Assembly: GCA_029953675.1 (NCBI GenBank)
Contig: JAMWBK010000007.1
Location: 124,001 to 188,000, forward strand
Origin: Rhodosorus marinus CCMP1338
Taxonomy: Eukaryota; Plantae; Rhodophyta
Reading direction: 5' to 3'
DNA: 64,000 nt
The translations under genes were made by a program, and so were the position numbers. Below, piece by piece: positions 26,891 through 39,961 of the stretch. The notes beneath the pieces were generated by a model. It was not told the DNA's origin. It searched no databases and saw only the letters and a list, made by a program, of their open reading frames with translations. Position 1 is the stretch's first letter. Each line of letters begins with the position of its first letter.

Positions 26891-28649
26891 CATCATCAAT
26901 CCCGTCCCACTCCAGATGTTCCAAAAAAATCCCATCTTCTCTACGCCCCCTTCCCCTAATCATCTTCTAGACAAATACTAATATATTCAAATATAATTCA
27001 CGTTTTATTGATATTTACGTGACGTAGGATAACCCCTAACAAATTAGACTAAGTGTCCCATTTATCTTGTCCCAGGTAGTGAGAGTGCTATTTTTGCTCG
27101 TCTTGGTGTTGGAAAGGGTTTGGGAAAGTTCAGACCGAATGAGAGGGAATGGCAGTGAGCTTTTGGAGAGGAGCGAGAGAATGGAATAGACTAGAAAGTC
27201 GCTTCCGATTGACGAAAAAAATTTCTGTTGAGTTTTTTAATGTCCTTCTCCGGATCGAGATTGAAACGATCCGGATTTCGCTCGTAAAGTTTTGGGACGG
27301 ATGGGAAGGTGATCGGAGGTTTATTTATGAGGAGGATTTGTAGGAATTAACTGCTTTGTGAAGAGTTGAGAGGCGGATTGGCCACACTCTGATGAAAGGT
27401 TTTTACAAAATCGACCCGGGCGCCGACGTGGGCGGTCGTTTATTACGAACTGATCTTCGGCAATATTGTTCGAAGTCATGGTGTGGAATCGGCTGTACCA
27501 TAGAGGAAGAGAAAGAGCAAGGACCTCCTATAAGCTCTGTAGTCTGGCCTGAACTGAAGAACATCTCTTCGTGAAATCGAGCCTGATTGAAACAGCGTCA
27601 GATTCAAGACAAATTCAAAAGGGACTAAGAGGAGGAGCGCATATCCAATTGCTACTATTTCTTTAGTCAAAATAGCTACTGTCGGTTTTCGATACCAACT
27701 AGCTGAGCTAGCTTCTCTTCATCCAAAGAAGAAACATAAATACGTACGTCATCGTCACACATACCCCATCTAAAAGGGCCGCCACCCATCGAACCGCCCT
27801 CCGGGGGAGGCGGGTCTTCATTGTTATTCTTCTCTTTCACTTCTTCAAAGCCACCACTGTTTCATCCTTAACAGGCTCCTCAACAGCATTATTCAACCTC
27901 GGCCGACTTCGAAATCGACGAAATCCCTTCCTATCCACGTGAATTACAGTCATAGCAACTAGAATCCCCGGAAAGTACCGAAGCGATAGAAAAAGACCCC
28001 ATTTCGTTGCATACTGGGATGCCATAAACAAACGAGGATACCCAATCATGACTTGTTTACCTCTTTGTTCAACTAAAATTTCCACAAAAACCTCGCAAAG
28101 CTCGCAACCTCCCCAAAGCTCCCCACAGCTCCCCAAACCTCTTACCGAGCATCCTTCCCACCGTCTTCCGCCTCGAACCCCTAACTTCCAACTTAGATGA
28201 CGTCTAACATTAAAACTCCAAAACGACTGATAAAGCCTATATGAAAAATCGATCTATGCACAGTTTATCGTATACGTTGTAATGTAAATATTTAAATTAA
28301 TTTAATATTATACTATTTATACTTTATAATTTGCTGATGATAATGATGATGACTTCGATCAGATGGGCTCACTGAGCTGACTTTGGGGACCAGAGGTTGT
28401 ATTTGGTTAGCAACTGGAGTAAAATTTTCGCCCTCCTCGATCGTTTTCAGGTCCTGTGATCTTCCCAACTCAATACAGATGGTCGCTTTTACCCCTTGGG
28501 TGCGATCCCTTGCCGATTCTCATCGCCATCGAGTCAGATGCTGCTTCAGCTTCGAAAGGAGCACTCAATCCGATGATCTTGAGCAGGATCAAAGTTGGTA
28601 GTGCAAAGCTGGAGTAGGAAGAACATACCGCCCTCCTAACAACTCTGCC

Positions 28650-28905
28650 AGTCCCATGGTCACCAGAAATCCACATTGACGATCGCTGCTTTGGCTGGAG
28701 CAGGATACGTCAAAAACAGTATAGGACTCTTCTGTATTGATGGTTGCTCCCATCTCCATCGCATGGAATAAGTGGATTTGCCCTACGGCAACCGTCTTAA
28801 GTATTTCATCAAAACTTTTGCGCGTCAGAAATCCACATTGACTGTCATTAGAACCCATTCTTTTCATTCCCTCGTCCTTCCTCCTTGGCATCCATCGCAT
28901 TGTAT
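28650..28905 (-). pseudogene. Inverted decayed copy of the FAHD1 5' region
   Basis: Minus strand MGSNDSQCGFL...KTVAVGQIHLFHAMEMGA matches plus strand MGYSDSQCGFLMTMGLAKFNKLPKIVAVGQNYVLHAKEMGA; a second QCGFLVTMGLA follows. Confidence 0.85.
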
Positions 28906-29064
28906 GAGCTTTGGAAGCCAAAGCAGCATCTGACCCGATGGATGCCAATGAGGAAGGCCGAGTGAGCTTTGGAAGCTAAAGAAGCATCTGCAGATGGGTG
29001 CGAATGAGGAACGACGAGGGGATGAAAAAGAATGGGTTATAGTGACAGTCAATGTGGATTTCTG

Positions 29065-30004
29065 ATGACTATGGGACTAGCAAAGTTTAATAAATTACCA
29101 AAGATAGTTGCCGTAGGGCAGAACTACGTACTCCATGCGAAGGAGATGGGAGCAAAGAGCATACCGAAGGACCCCATACTGTTTTTGAAGTCGCCTACTT
29201 CAGTTGTTATTCCACCTGAACCCGTTAAGGTTCCGTCTGGCGTCGTCGCGCACTATGAAGGTAAACAAAGAGGAGAAATCCGAAAGCGGGGGGGGATGAC
29301 GAACATGATGAACTGAATGATCTTCTCGTCGTGGACAAATTCCAGTTGAGCTCGGTTTAGTGATCAGCCGGATGGGAAAGAACATCCCGAAGATCAAAGC
29401 GAATGACCACATCGAAAGCTTCTTCTGTGGAATTGACGTCACCGCTCGTAATCTTCAGCTCGAAGCAAAGTCCTCTGGCTCCCCGTGGTCTGTCGCCAAG
29501 GGCTTCGATACGTTTCTACCAGTTAGTGAAAAACTTCCAGTGGACAAGGTCCGATCTTTCTACAAAACAGTCCTCACACGCTCGCACGCTCTCTATCGCT
29601 CTGAACAAAGTGAAACTCTGGTTGAACTCAGGTGAAAGATCTCAACGACCTCAATCTCTACTTGAAAGTCGACGGCGAGATGAAACAACAAGATTCCACC
29701 AAGAACATGATTCACTCTGTGGAAGATTTGGTTTCATATATAAGCTCCGTGATGACGCTTCAACCTGGAGATTTGATTCTGACAGGTATGTGGAAGCCAT
29801 CGATTCCAACGTCAAACCGATTCCCTTCTCCTCGCCTAATAGCAAGGACTTGCTCTTCACCCAGGCACGCCCTCTGGCGTTGGAGAAATTGTCTCCGGCA
29901 ATGTTGTCGAAGCTGGTATCAAGGAGCCGAGTGGCACGTCAGATCTCGTCACAGTCAAAGTTGCTGTCGAGGATGATACAGACACGACGTACACGCATGG
30001 ATAG
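29065..30004 (+). CDS. FAHD1: Fumarylacetoacetate hydrolase domain protein (FAHD1, acylpyruvase/oxaloacetate decarboxylase-like), 4 exons
   Basis: KIVAVGQNYVLHAKEM, PILFLKSPTS, HYE|VELGLVI, GIDVTARNLQ, PWSVAKGFDTFLP, MTLQPGDLILT|GTPSGVG; GT-AG introns. Confidence 0.93.
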
Positions 30005-32788
30005 GGCGTCATCTGCCTCCCCCACAAAACTGCAACCTCGTGTATTTACAGCTGTCCAACGCGGTAGGACAAAAGCCACGTAAATGAAGTCAAAAGCGAA
30101 CCCGAGACTCGTACGGCGCCACTACTTGGAACAGTCGGAGCCGTTAAAGCACCGGGCGGAGTTGGGAACCCCCCTCGCCAATCACAAATTGTGAGTTTCC
30201 ACGGCTTTCCTTGTCCTGTTCCGCAGAGCGGAAAAAGTGCAGTTCTAGCTGTCATATCTAGTGTTAGCGGTTGTGCAGTCCATGCGGAAGAGCAGCTAGA
30301 ATGTACCTTGATAAAGTGAATAAGAGGGACTGACTGATAGGATCATCAACAACAACAATCTGCATCGACAGACAGCGACAGTCACTATGCTATTGTTTGC
30401 AGTTCCTTGAAAGGCTTTGCTGGTGAACGTGCACGCGGACCTCATGACCCACATCCTGATCAAATCAGCTCCCCGATGATGCTGTGGGGCTGATCATATG
30501 CTGTTGCCCGGACAAGAGGTCCAGGGATCCTTGTCGTGAGAGAAAAACGACTGCAAGGCATAAACTACTGCGTGGAAGGATCAGGGTGAACGAACTAGCA
30601 TCATGAGCAAGAAGAACTTCCGCTGGTATCGACAAAAGTCACCGACAAAGTCTGGAGACGTGGAAGTAGTTAAAACCAGGATCTGCTTTTTAGGAATTAC
30701 CTTTTCCTTCGCATCGAGATAGAATCGGCTTGTAGGAACCCAAAAATGCTAGGGTTTGCCGGTCTTTCCTTCGAACCGATAGCTACTCGCTGAGAGCCGT
30801 TCAGGTCATTTTGTTAATCGACTTCCCAACTATCGCCGCCGGTAGTTCGCAAGCTTGTTGAACAACAAGAAGTTGCCGACGATTGCATGTTTACGGACCT
30901 TCTCCCATCACGACTACTACTACTCAAACTCACGCGGGGCTTCGTTGGAGAAGAACGTGAATCGAACTGATACTTTTCTATCTAGACGTCCAGATGAATC
31001 TGTCGCCTAACAAAACTCACAGAAACCCCAGACTAACGTAACCGCAAAAATTAAAGAACAACACTCCCAGCAACTCTGACATTGAGAAGAGTGTCCGACG
31101 CAAAGCTGTCAATCCTACATCATTGACAATCATAGATAAGAGTTTGACGACTCTACTACCTTTCAGGGCCGATGAACAAGACCGACTACCTTGCGCGCTC
31201 CGGATTTCAGATGATGGTACTGCTCATGACCAGTCCGTGTTCGAGGCTTTCCTGGATGCAGGCAGTGAGTATTTCAGTTCAGTGTGAAATAGCTTCAGCG
31301 TTGCACCAGTCCTTTGTTCGCCGAGGGTTGTTTGGCACCCTCCCCATAACCACGAAGTGCCTTGGGAGCCGGTGCTGCAAACCGATCATCCAAAAGAAAA
31401 CCCGAAATATCGGAGCTCCCAATCCGGAATAACCCATAAGCTTCTCTGCATGTATACGACGATCTCGTCTTGCGCCTCTAGCAGAGCCTTCCGAGAGCGA
31501 GCAAGGAAGAGATAGATCCCTTGCTTGAAACTTCAAACAGGTGGCGAAACGTGAAACCGCCGCCCCTTTCAACTTTCTCAAACCGCCTAACTGTACCTCC
31601 TGCTGGTCACCCGAGAACAGGAGGGCTTTTTCGGTTGAGCTGGTGAGGAGGGCAAGTGCAAAAGCGGAAAATCAGGGCAGATATTCGAGTGATACATGCG
31701 TAACTGGGGCGATACACGGTCACATCGTTGGACGGTTTGAGAACTCGAAACAGCGTTTCTCTACTCTCACCCAGTATCGAAGCTTGCAAAACACAAACCT
31801 CCCCGTTCCATCAGACTAGCCGTGTAAAAGCTGCACAAGACCCATCTAAGCCAACACTACTCCTCTTGCCTGCATAACTCACAAAACTGCATCCGATCAA
31901 TCCCCCACGGCAATCCACACCACATTAGCCTCCCCACCCCCCCCACCCAAAAATATCCCAATGTCCCATTTCCATCATTCAACCACTCGTTCAAACAAAC
32001 CGGAAAAGTCTGTAAAACCGTTACCCCTAGATGAGATCGGGGACACACTAAACCACGAGGTGAGTTTTACGGGGAAGTAGATAGGTTAGCGAGTGACGGA
32101 AACAGTGAACAGAAAGTAAAAGAACAGAGTTTCTTTGGGTTTGGGTTACGATAGCATGTTCCATCCCCTGCATCTGATTTGGACTACCTTTGGTATAGAG
32201 TCAGTGAGGTTTCATCTCCGCGATTTTTGTCATTAGAGACCTTGCTGGATTACATCGCGCCCTAGGTCACTACACACTGATCAATTAGGCATTTTAAGAG
32301 ATTAAGATTTACATTGATCAATGTTTTGTAGATCTTAACCTACAAAACTCCAACTAAAAAAAAAACGGGACCCCCTTCTCTACAACTACAACCCGTCCCA
32401 CTGTCCCACAACCCACCAATACCCAAACCTCAACAAAGGCAATCATATCTCGTCCACTAGCAAATGGGACAATCTCGAATTGAAATCCTCCTGCTGACCC
32501 TCAAAAAATTTACGCAAGTTTTATTATATTGCGGACGGGGAGGTAAAAAAGAGAAAACGGTAAAGTGTGCTTCCCCGAAAGTGAAGGGAGTGAGTGGCCT
32601 CCGGCCACTCTGTTTGGGGAGGGAGCTGGCTTTGCTCTTTGAGCACAGGTTGGGGGAAGAGCTGTTGGAATGTATAGTGAGAAAGATGTGTTTTTGTGTT
32701 TGAGTGGTGATATCTTGAGTTGGGAGGGAGCATTTTAGGGGGTTGGAGAGGAAGTTTAGTTGCTTGAGAGTTTAAGGTGATTAGAAAG

Positions 32789-33874
32789 ATGGGGTATGTG
32801 AATAGTGTGATTGGCGTTGGTAGGGGGTTGCGGAGCGGGAGGTTGTTGGTATGTAGTGTTGGGGATTGTGGGATTGATCGGCGGGTATTTTTAGGATTAT
32901 CTGGGAGTGTTGGAGGTGGGTTGTTGTGTGGTGGGGTTGGGCCTGTGTTTGGGAAGGGTCGATTGAAGGGTGGTTCATGGGAGGGGATTGATTTTCCGAG
33001 CGATGCGGAGATTGCGGATGTGTCGACGGTTTCGGAGAGGGCGTTTTTTGCGGTGAGTAAGAATGGGGAACTGTTGGAGAGCGTGGACGGTGGGTCAAGG
33101 TGGACGAGGAGGACGTATTTTGAGAGGCCGCTGAAGAATATACAGTTCAAGGGTGTTGAGGGCTGGATTGTTGCGAAGAACGGGTATTTGTTCTACAGCG
33201 ATAACGCTGGACGCACATGGAGCCCGGTTTCTGGACCTCCAAGGATGGTGGGGGTCATCTTCCTTGCAACCCCCGTCGGACGCGCCTCCGTCGAGCTCGT
33301 CACCAGCACTGGCGAGGTATTTAAGAGCGTCAACGGAGGTACAACATGGACCCAGAAGGTCCAGCCAGCTCCGTCAATTTTGGACGGAGAGTTTATTGGT
33401 CACCTGAAGAGCATTCGAAGGGACGCCTCTGGTAACTACGTTGCGCTCTCCAGTCTAGGTGGTAATCTATTCACCCTCGGAAACGGCGCTAACGGATGGC
33501 AATCGACCAGCCTCCCATCTGTTCGAAATCCAATGAGCGTTGGGTTCAGCTCGTCGTCGGGCGGCATGGTCTGGCTCTCAGACAAAACCGGAGACCTTTA
33601 CTTGGCGAATTCGTCACAACTCAATTCGGGACTCAGCTTCGGCATGGTTCGAACCCTGGAAACCAATGGATATCCGGTCGTCGATGTCGCAGCGATGGGC
33701 GAATCCAGCACTCTAATCGCTGTCGCGGGCTCTGGAGCCCTTTACACGTCAAGGGATTCGGGCTCCACTTGGACGCAGGACCACAAGCTGAATCTCTCCG
33801 GTGGTGAGGTCAGAAGAATAAGATACCCATTCGCAATGGGCAGTCACGGAATACTCCTCCGCTACCGCGTATGA
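32789..33874 (+). CDS. HCF136: HCF136/Ycf48-like PSII assembly factor beta-propeller (divergent), bipartite transit peptide with Tat motif
   Basis: RRVFLG twin-arginine motif; repeated S/T-x-D-x-G-x-x-W (BNR) boxes; IQFKGVEGWIV and GNYVALSS match the Ycf48 architecture. Confidence 0.75.
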   Translation: MGYVNSVIGVGRGLRSGRLLVCSVGDCGIDRRVFLGLSGSVGGGLLCGGVGPVFGKGRLKGGSWEGIDFPSDAEIADVSTVSERAFFAVSKNGELLESVDGGSRWTRRTYFERPLKNIQFKGVEGWIVAKNGYLFYSDNAGRTWSPVSGPPRMVGVIFLATPVGRASVELVTSTGEVFKSVNGGTTWTQKVQPAPSILDGEFIGHLKSIRRDASGNYVALSSLGGNLFTLGNGANGWQSTSLPSVRNPMSVGFSSSSGGMVWLSDKTGDLYLANSSQLNSGLSFGMVRTLETNGYPVVDVAAMGESSTLIAVAGSGALYTSRDSGSTWTQDHKLNLSGGEVRRIRYPFAMGSHGILLRYRV

Positions 33875-35108
33875 ACAACAATGAAAGGAACACTTCTACC
33901 GATCACGCAGACTCCACCATCCAGCTGAGCAGACTATTACCAAACTCGTTTGGAGACCAGCCTGGCTGCTGCTGGCGGATCAAGCATGGCGTCTTCTGTG
34001 GAGTGGTTTTCTGAAGAATAATAACCGTGCCTCAACAGAAAGAGAATCATCAATACAAAAGTAAAATCCGAGGTTCCTTTCCAGCAGCACACTAAGAAAG
34101 CTCCAAGGCCAAAAGAAGACATCTCAAGCCCTATCCATCCTAACCATTACAAACCATGGAAGAATAAGAACACCACACTTCTTCACTGACTACTCTTCAC
34201 CGTCCCAACACAAGGAAAAACAAAAAAAACACAGCTGTCCAGAAACTTCCTCTGGAGCGGGTGCGGGAAGGGGGGGAGGGGGGGGGTGGGAAGGTATCGG
34301 ATCCTCATCAGTATCCATGGATCCAATAACCTCCCCAACTTGAGATCGGCAACTAGGGTTGTTCCGTTTAACTCCTACTAGCCTGTCATCGGACGTGGAC
34401 ATAAATCTAAATATATTTTCTCACCGTTTTTGATTGAATAGTGAAAACGGAACATCTATGTGCAATTGGGAGCTGAAATAGATTGATATGCAATCTATTT
34501 GAACGACAATTATTGATTGATATGCAATCTGTTTGCTTGTTTTTATTGATTGATATTCAATCTACTTAGGAAGCGAATATGTAGGTCGAACCAATAAATG
34601 TACAGATTGTGAACCCTAAAGCTATATTATGTACAGATAAAATCCATGAAGTTTTTGACTTTGTTTTTTTACTTTTTGCACGAAAAAGTTTGAAATTTAA
34701 ATTTAAAAAGATGTCGTTGAGGGAAAAGGAGTTGAGTTGATGTGTGTGTGGAGTGTGAAGGGGATGGCCCCCTGCCGTCTGAGCTGCGAGATAGACGATT
34801 GCTTTCCACCGCTGTTGCAAAGACGAGTTTGTTATGAACGGCCGAAGCAAACTTGGAGCCAAATGTTGCGATTCTCTATTAGGACGAGGGATGCACAGCA
34901 GTGGTATTCGTCAGATGTGATCAGATCTCGGGGCCTCTGGGGCGTCGCCAAGGGGTACGGAGTGCGGAGTTGAGCGACCTGCCAGTCGCTAGCAGATTTT
35001 TTGCATTCGAGGTGGTGTTGGATAGTCTGAAACCGCCGTTGGCTTGGTCGGGAGTGCTTTCATTGTCCCGGATAGCCGGGGTTAAGCACTAGGGGACCGG
35101 AAATAGGG

Positions 35109-36029
35109 ATGGCTCCTGCTTTCTGCGCGGGCTTAGGCTCGTTGAGAAGGTCGGGGTTCTTTAAAAGTCGAGCGAAGGCTTCGATATGCACCCGGAAACC
35201 GCAAATTCATGGACGAATGGCTCGAAAGCGAGGGCAAATGCAGATGTCTCAGATGCTGATCGGTTTGGCTCTCAACTCGATTATCGGAACTCTGAAGAAA
35301 GCATCCGATTCGAACGAAGGGGATAGAACAACAAAGGTGCATTTCTCTTAAAACAACCCTGCTCACCTACTTAGCTGATCTCAACCCTCACCCCCATGAA
35401 TCATTCAGGCGGAGAAACTCAAAAGGAGGATTCAGAACCGAGAATGGGCGACGCCGCTGATAATCCTTATCAACCTGGTCGTCTACATTATGGATAAGCT
35501 TCTACATATCCCCGCGATGTCGTCATTAACTCTACGAGTGAAGGGATTCCACTCTTGGCAGCTGGTTACATCACTCTTCTGCCACAACGACTGGCACCAT
35601 CTGTCATCGAACTTGTTCCTTCTGTTCTTCTTCGGGCGTCTCGTCGAGGAAGAACACGGAGGGATTGTATTCACATTGATGTACCTCTTCTGTGGAGTCA
35701 TGTCAAACCTCGCATGCGTCTACTTCGCCGCAAAGAACGCCGTGTTCCTGGGCTCCAGTGGTGCTATCTACGGCCTCTTCGTCATCTCCGTTCTCACAAG
35801 ATTCAGGCTCTCCTGGAAGAGGTTAGTCGAATTCTGCGTCATTGGGAACTTTGTTGCCTCCACAACATTCGCCGAAGTGGGAGCTATGAACACAAGTATG
35901 GGCCGAAAGCTAGGGTCAGCCAGCGCAGCAAAGTATATTCAGGTCAACCACTTCGGTCACCTCGCAGGAGCCGCGGCGGGTTTACTGCTTCTGTTCCTCG
36001 TAAGAGCCGTACTGGGTAAGAAGAAGTAA
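35109..36029 (+). CDS. Rhomboid intramembrane serine protease, probably plastid-targeted (2 exons)
   Basis: WQLVTSLFCHxxWHHLSSN, catalytic GSSG and HFGHLAG; transit peptide MAPAFCAG; intron ~35337-35408. Confidence 0.9.
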
Positions 36030-39000
36030 AAATTAAAAAAAGGAATTTGTGCAGAATGAGAGGTCTCCGGGTCTTCGTCGCTTCTCATGTGGACGATAGT
36101 GACCCATCAGATCATGAAGACCAAGACCTCGGTCTTGAGTTGGATGATTCGTACGTAAGTTTGTGTCATCACCACGAATCGCACATTTCCTAGAAGATCT
36201 CGCAGATGGTGGTCATGGCTTAAGGTCGGTGGAGGAAACCCTTTGCTCACCGGTCCGATCGAACTGATGCGAGTGAATGAACGGGCTTATTCGGGGGCTA
36301 GAAGAACCACAAGGGAGAAAAGAAAGGCTACTGTAGCCGTGAACCGTGCGCCTCCCGCATCAAAGCAGCATTCTTACGCCATAACAGAAAACTCTACGAG
36401 TAAAATAGCGAGGAGAGCCGATCTGGGCGCTAAAGGGAAAAACATTACCGAAAAAAGAATGGCCAACAGTGACCAACCGAGCGCAGGAAACCGAAGAGCT
36501 CAATGACTAAGGGCCCTTTGCTCCTAGTAGTGAGCGAGGGACTTGAATTGGAATCGCGAAAGTGGCGAGCTTGATCGATTCAGATTTCAGTATCAGTGCG
36601 AGGCGGGTTCATATGTGTTGAGCATCTGAACGTAAGGGCTGAGTGGTAGCTGTAAATTCTACCAGTTCGCAGCCCAATTTCTAGGTTTAAGGGAACGACA
36701 ATGTCAGCTATCAAGATCCCATTGTATCTTTATAGTTTCACAATGAGGATACAGAGAGAATGGCTCGGAGCGGTGCGGGGTCTACCCTTCCGTCCCAGCA
36801 GCCTCTTTGTGCGGATTTTGATATAATGCGATCCAAGGCTTTGGCTTTGGGAGCTCGCCAGTGGGCTTGTCTCCCTTAGGCAGAGCCCCAATACAAACAG
36901 TCGAGGCCAATTGTTTGTGGTACCCTCTTGAGAATTTTGCACTTTTTACGAATTTTAACACTGAAGCTGACTCCATACCTTTAGGCGTGAAGATTCATAT
37001 GAGATGCCCTTCATCCTTTGGAAGCTGTTTCAACTTCCACACCTGTCCGGGAAGCTAGTTCACAGAGGTTTGAAACGCCCCTCGTGTGAATGAGATATCA
37101 ATCCAAACTATGCGCACGCCCCAAACGAGCTACTTGCTCCATCAAGTGCAGCTTGAGTTCAGTCCAACTCCAGCTTCAATATTCGATCCTCTCGAGACGC
37201 TGACTCCGGTGGCAGAGCGCGCTAGATCATTGGTCTAGAAATGTTCAATGAAAAGGGCAACGCAATCATTGGGATAGGGGGGCGATAGCGATGCGGACAG
37301 CGTACCAACCACGACTTCTTGTGAAGAAGAGCTCTCTGAATGATGCTCTGGTCGCACCCCCGAGTTTGGAACGATAGGACAGGAAAGTGTTGTCCAGCTG
37401 CGTAACCCGTGGGGTTGTCGAGGATTGGAACAAATAGCAATCTGCGTCCTCTGTGTGTCCACTCAACGCTCAACCACCCGCACCTAACATGATCCACAAC
37501 GATAAAAGCCTCCCACTCCCATCCAAAAACTCTTATTCAGTGGCCGCTGATCTCTTCGAGTCGGACGTTTCCAACAACCGGCCACAAAATCCTTTCCTCC
37601 GTCGACACTTGGCACGCTATCGTAGCGTGTGACCATTCCGCGAAAGTTTCTTCCAGGGTCTCTTCCAAGTCGAGCAGCGCGTGACGCACACACTCCTAAC
37701 ACATGCCAAGTCCTCGCTCCCCTCCATCCACGAAATGCAATCGCGTTTCAGACTCCCGTTTATTTTCCGTTGACTACAGTTCGGTTTGGCGAGATCGGCT
37801 TTCGATGGATGAATCTTTTGTCCCAATGCCAAGCCATTCAGCGACGGCATGGAAAAAACTTTAGAAGAAAAAGGCTCCTATCGTACTAGCGGGACGCTCG
37901 ACAGACCTGCGCGGCCTACGTAGCAACCCCCCTGTAAACATCAGGGCAGCCGCTTCCGCGGAACATACTTTGGTTTACCAGCAGAAAAACTGAACCCAGA
38001 GCCCACCAACTCTTCATCAGAGCAACGCATCTTGAATTCCTATGATTTGAAGGCATCCTAAGCAGAACATTCGATCTATTAACAGGCCGAGCTCCATAGC
38101 AACTCCGCGTAGCTGCGGAAGGGTGGTTCTCCTCAAATTTGATCCGATCTGTAGGAACCGATCAGCAAGAGCTAACCCGCATTGAACTTGTTCATTCGGC
38201 GAGGGGTTGTTGGAACTGAAGCCGAATTAATGCGACAATATTCTTCTAAAACACAATCTAAATGCTTTACTGCTCGTTGTTAACCCCTCTTTCATCGAGA
38301 CGAACAAAAGTACATTTGTATTCAGATTTTCCCGTGCCAAAACTGTGACTTACAAATGTTCTCAATCCAGCGAAAAATCCATTTCTATATATAGAAATGG
38401 ATAAAAGCGTCGTTTTCTGAGAGAAATTAGACCTGTTTTGGTATTAAGGACTTCTATTGGCTACTTAGTTTTTCAACTATAATTAGATTCCTTGTTTCGG
38501 TGAGAAAAAACCATTTGGGGAAAGTGGAATTTTTTAGTCCTCATTTCTTCGGTTTTTTGGAAAATATTTTGTTGGCCATAAAACACGCCGCCCAATGTTC
38601 TTTTATGGTGTTGATAACACTCACTGGACCAGATGGATGGCGCGCGTTCAGATCAAAGGTTTGGATTGGACTTGCCGGAACGAATCCGAAGAGCAGGAGA
38701 AACGGATAGTGTAAGTATTAATATTTAATTGGTCAATAAATATTATTCTTAAGATAACTATAAGCCATTATCTATTTATATATATTATTCAATATACGCA
38801 TATCCAATCATTTATTGGCACAAAAAAAATCGCGATCTAAAATGTTGTTATCCCGAGGATTTTGGAGCTCAGTTTTTAATGTAAGCCCGTAAAGGTGCGG
38901 GTTTGGCTGGATGGGGGGTTTGCGGTTTTTCTATTCGGAAGAGTTGGACTACTATCGACCCCGTGAAAAGAGAATTATTCGTCGATATATAGAGATAATT

Positions 39001-39961
39001 GTACTGGAATTCATTTTTGCGATGCAGAAGTGGGGTTGAGTTCAGGTCCTTTCAACCACCAGTGACAAAGTGGTGGTAAGGGGTGGGTAAGGGGGTGTTG
39101 TGGTATGGTGTTTACAGGAATGGATGGGGTTGAGATGATTCGTTGGGTGATCGGGGAGGCTCGGCAACAATGCCGTCGTTAAAGCTACAAACGGAGCTGA
39201 GAGTACTGACTCGCTGAATTTTTTTGGGAGGATCGATTAGTTCGGTATTGTGGACCCCCACAGGGTGCTCTTGCGTGCGATCGAGTTTAGCTATTTCGGG
39301 GACGTACAGTCTACTGCCTCGGCTTGAACGAGATTCTATGGAGGCACCGAAAAACCTGTTGGTCCACGTCCCGGTGGATGAACTAACAGTGGCAACGTGC
39401 GGAGCAATAAGTCTGGCTTACGAAGTTGTTTTTCTCAACTTCTTGTCCGTGCGTTTGGATAGCCATAGATTTTTTTTTTTCTAATCCAGGCTCGAGTTCT
39501 CTTGACATGGAATCGTCCTTCCACAATTCCCGCAGTTCAGCTCTCTCAGTCATCAAGGTTCGGCCACTTGGCATCCCAACACAGCGCATGCCAAGTGTAT
39601 GAAGCTCGCTACTGTGGCTTCTATCCGATCGCGCACGAGGGTCGTTTTTTCAGTCGGATTCTTAGAAACTATTATTGTGTCCAATAGAGGGGAGACTTCT
39701 CGGTGACTACAGCGCAAAGTACTCAATTTCCATAACCTCCTGCGGTAGCTGCGAGAAATAAGAATGTCACATTGTTCTTCACTTGTGCAACTTGCCGGAC
39801 AGGTATAAGAGGATGTGGGTGGACGAGGAACAGCGTCTCGGGTTGAAGATGTTACAGGATAACAACAAAGCAGAGCATAGGAGAAGAAAAGAGAAGAGCT
39901 GATTAGACGAGAGAAGAGTTGATAAGAAGAGCTTGTGTTTTCACTTGTTTACTTCTACGAC

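Noticed and set aside
30250-31900. GC-rich, coding-like stretch with short broken frames (possible decayed gene)
   Set aside because: No identifiable motif or parent sequence could be assigned by eye.
33900-34402. Possible small minus-strand gene (MSTSDDRL..., proline run)
   Set aside because: No convincing exon chain or homology.
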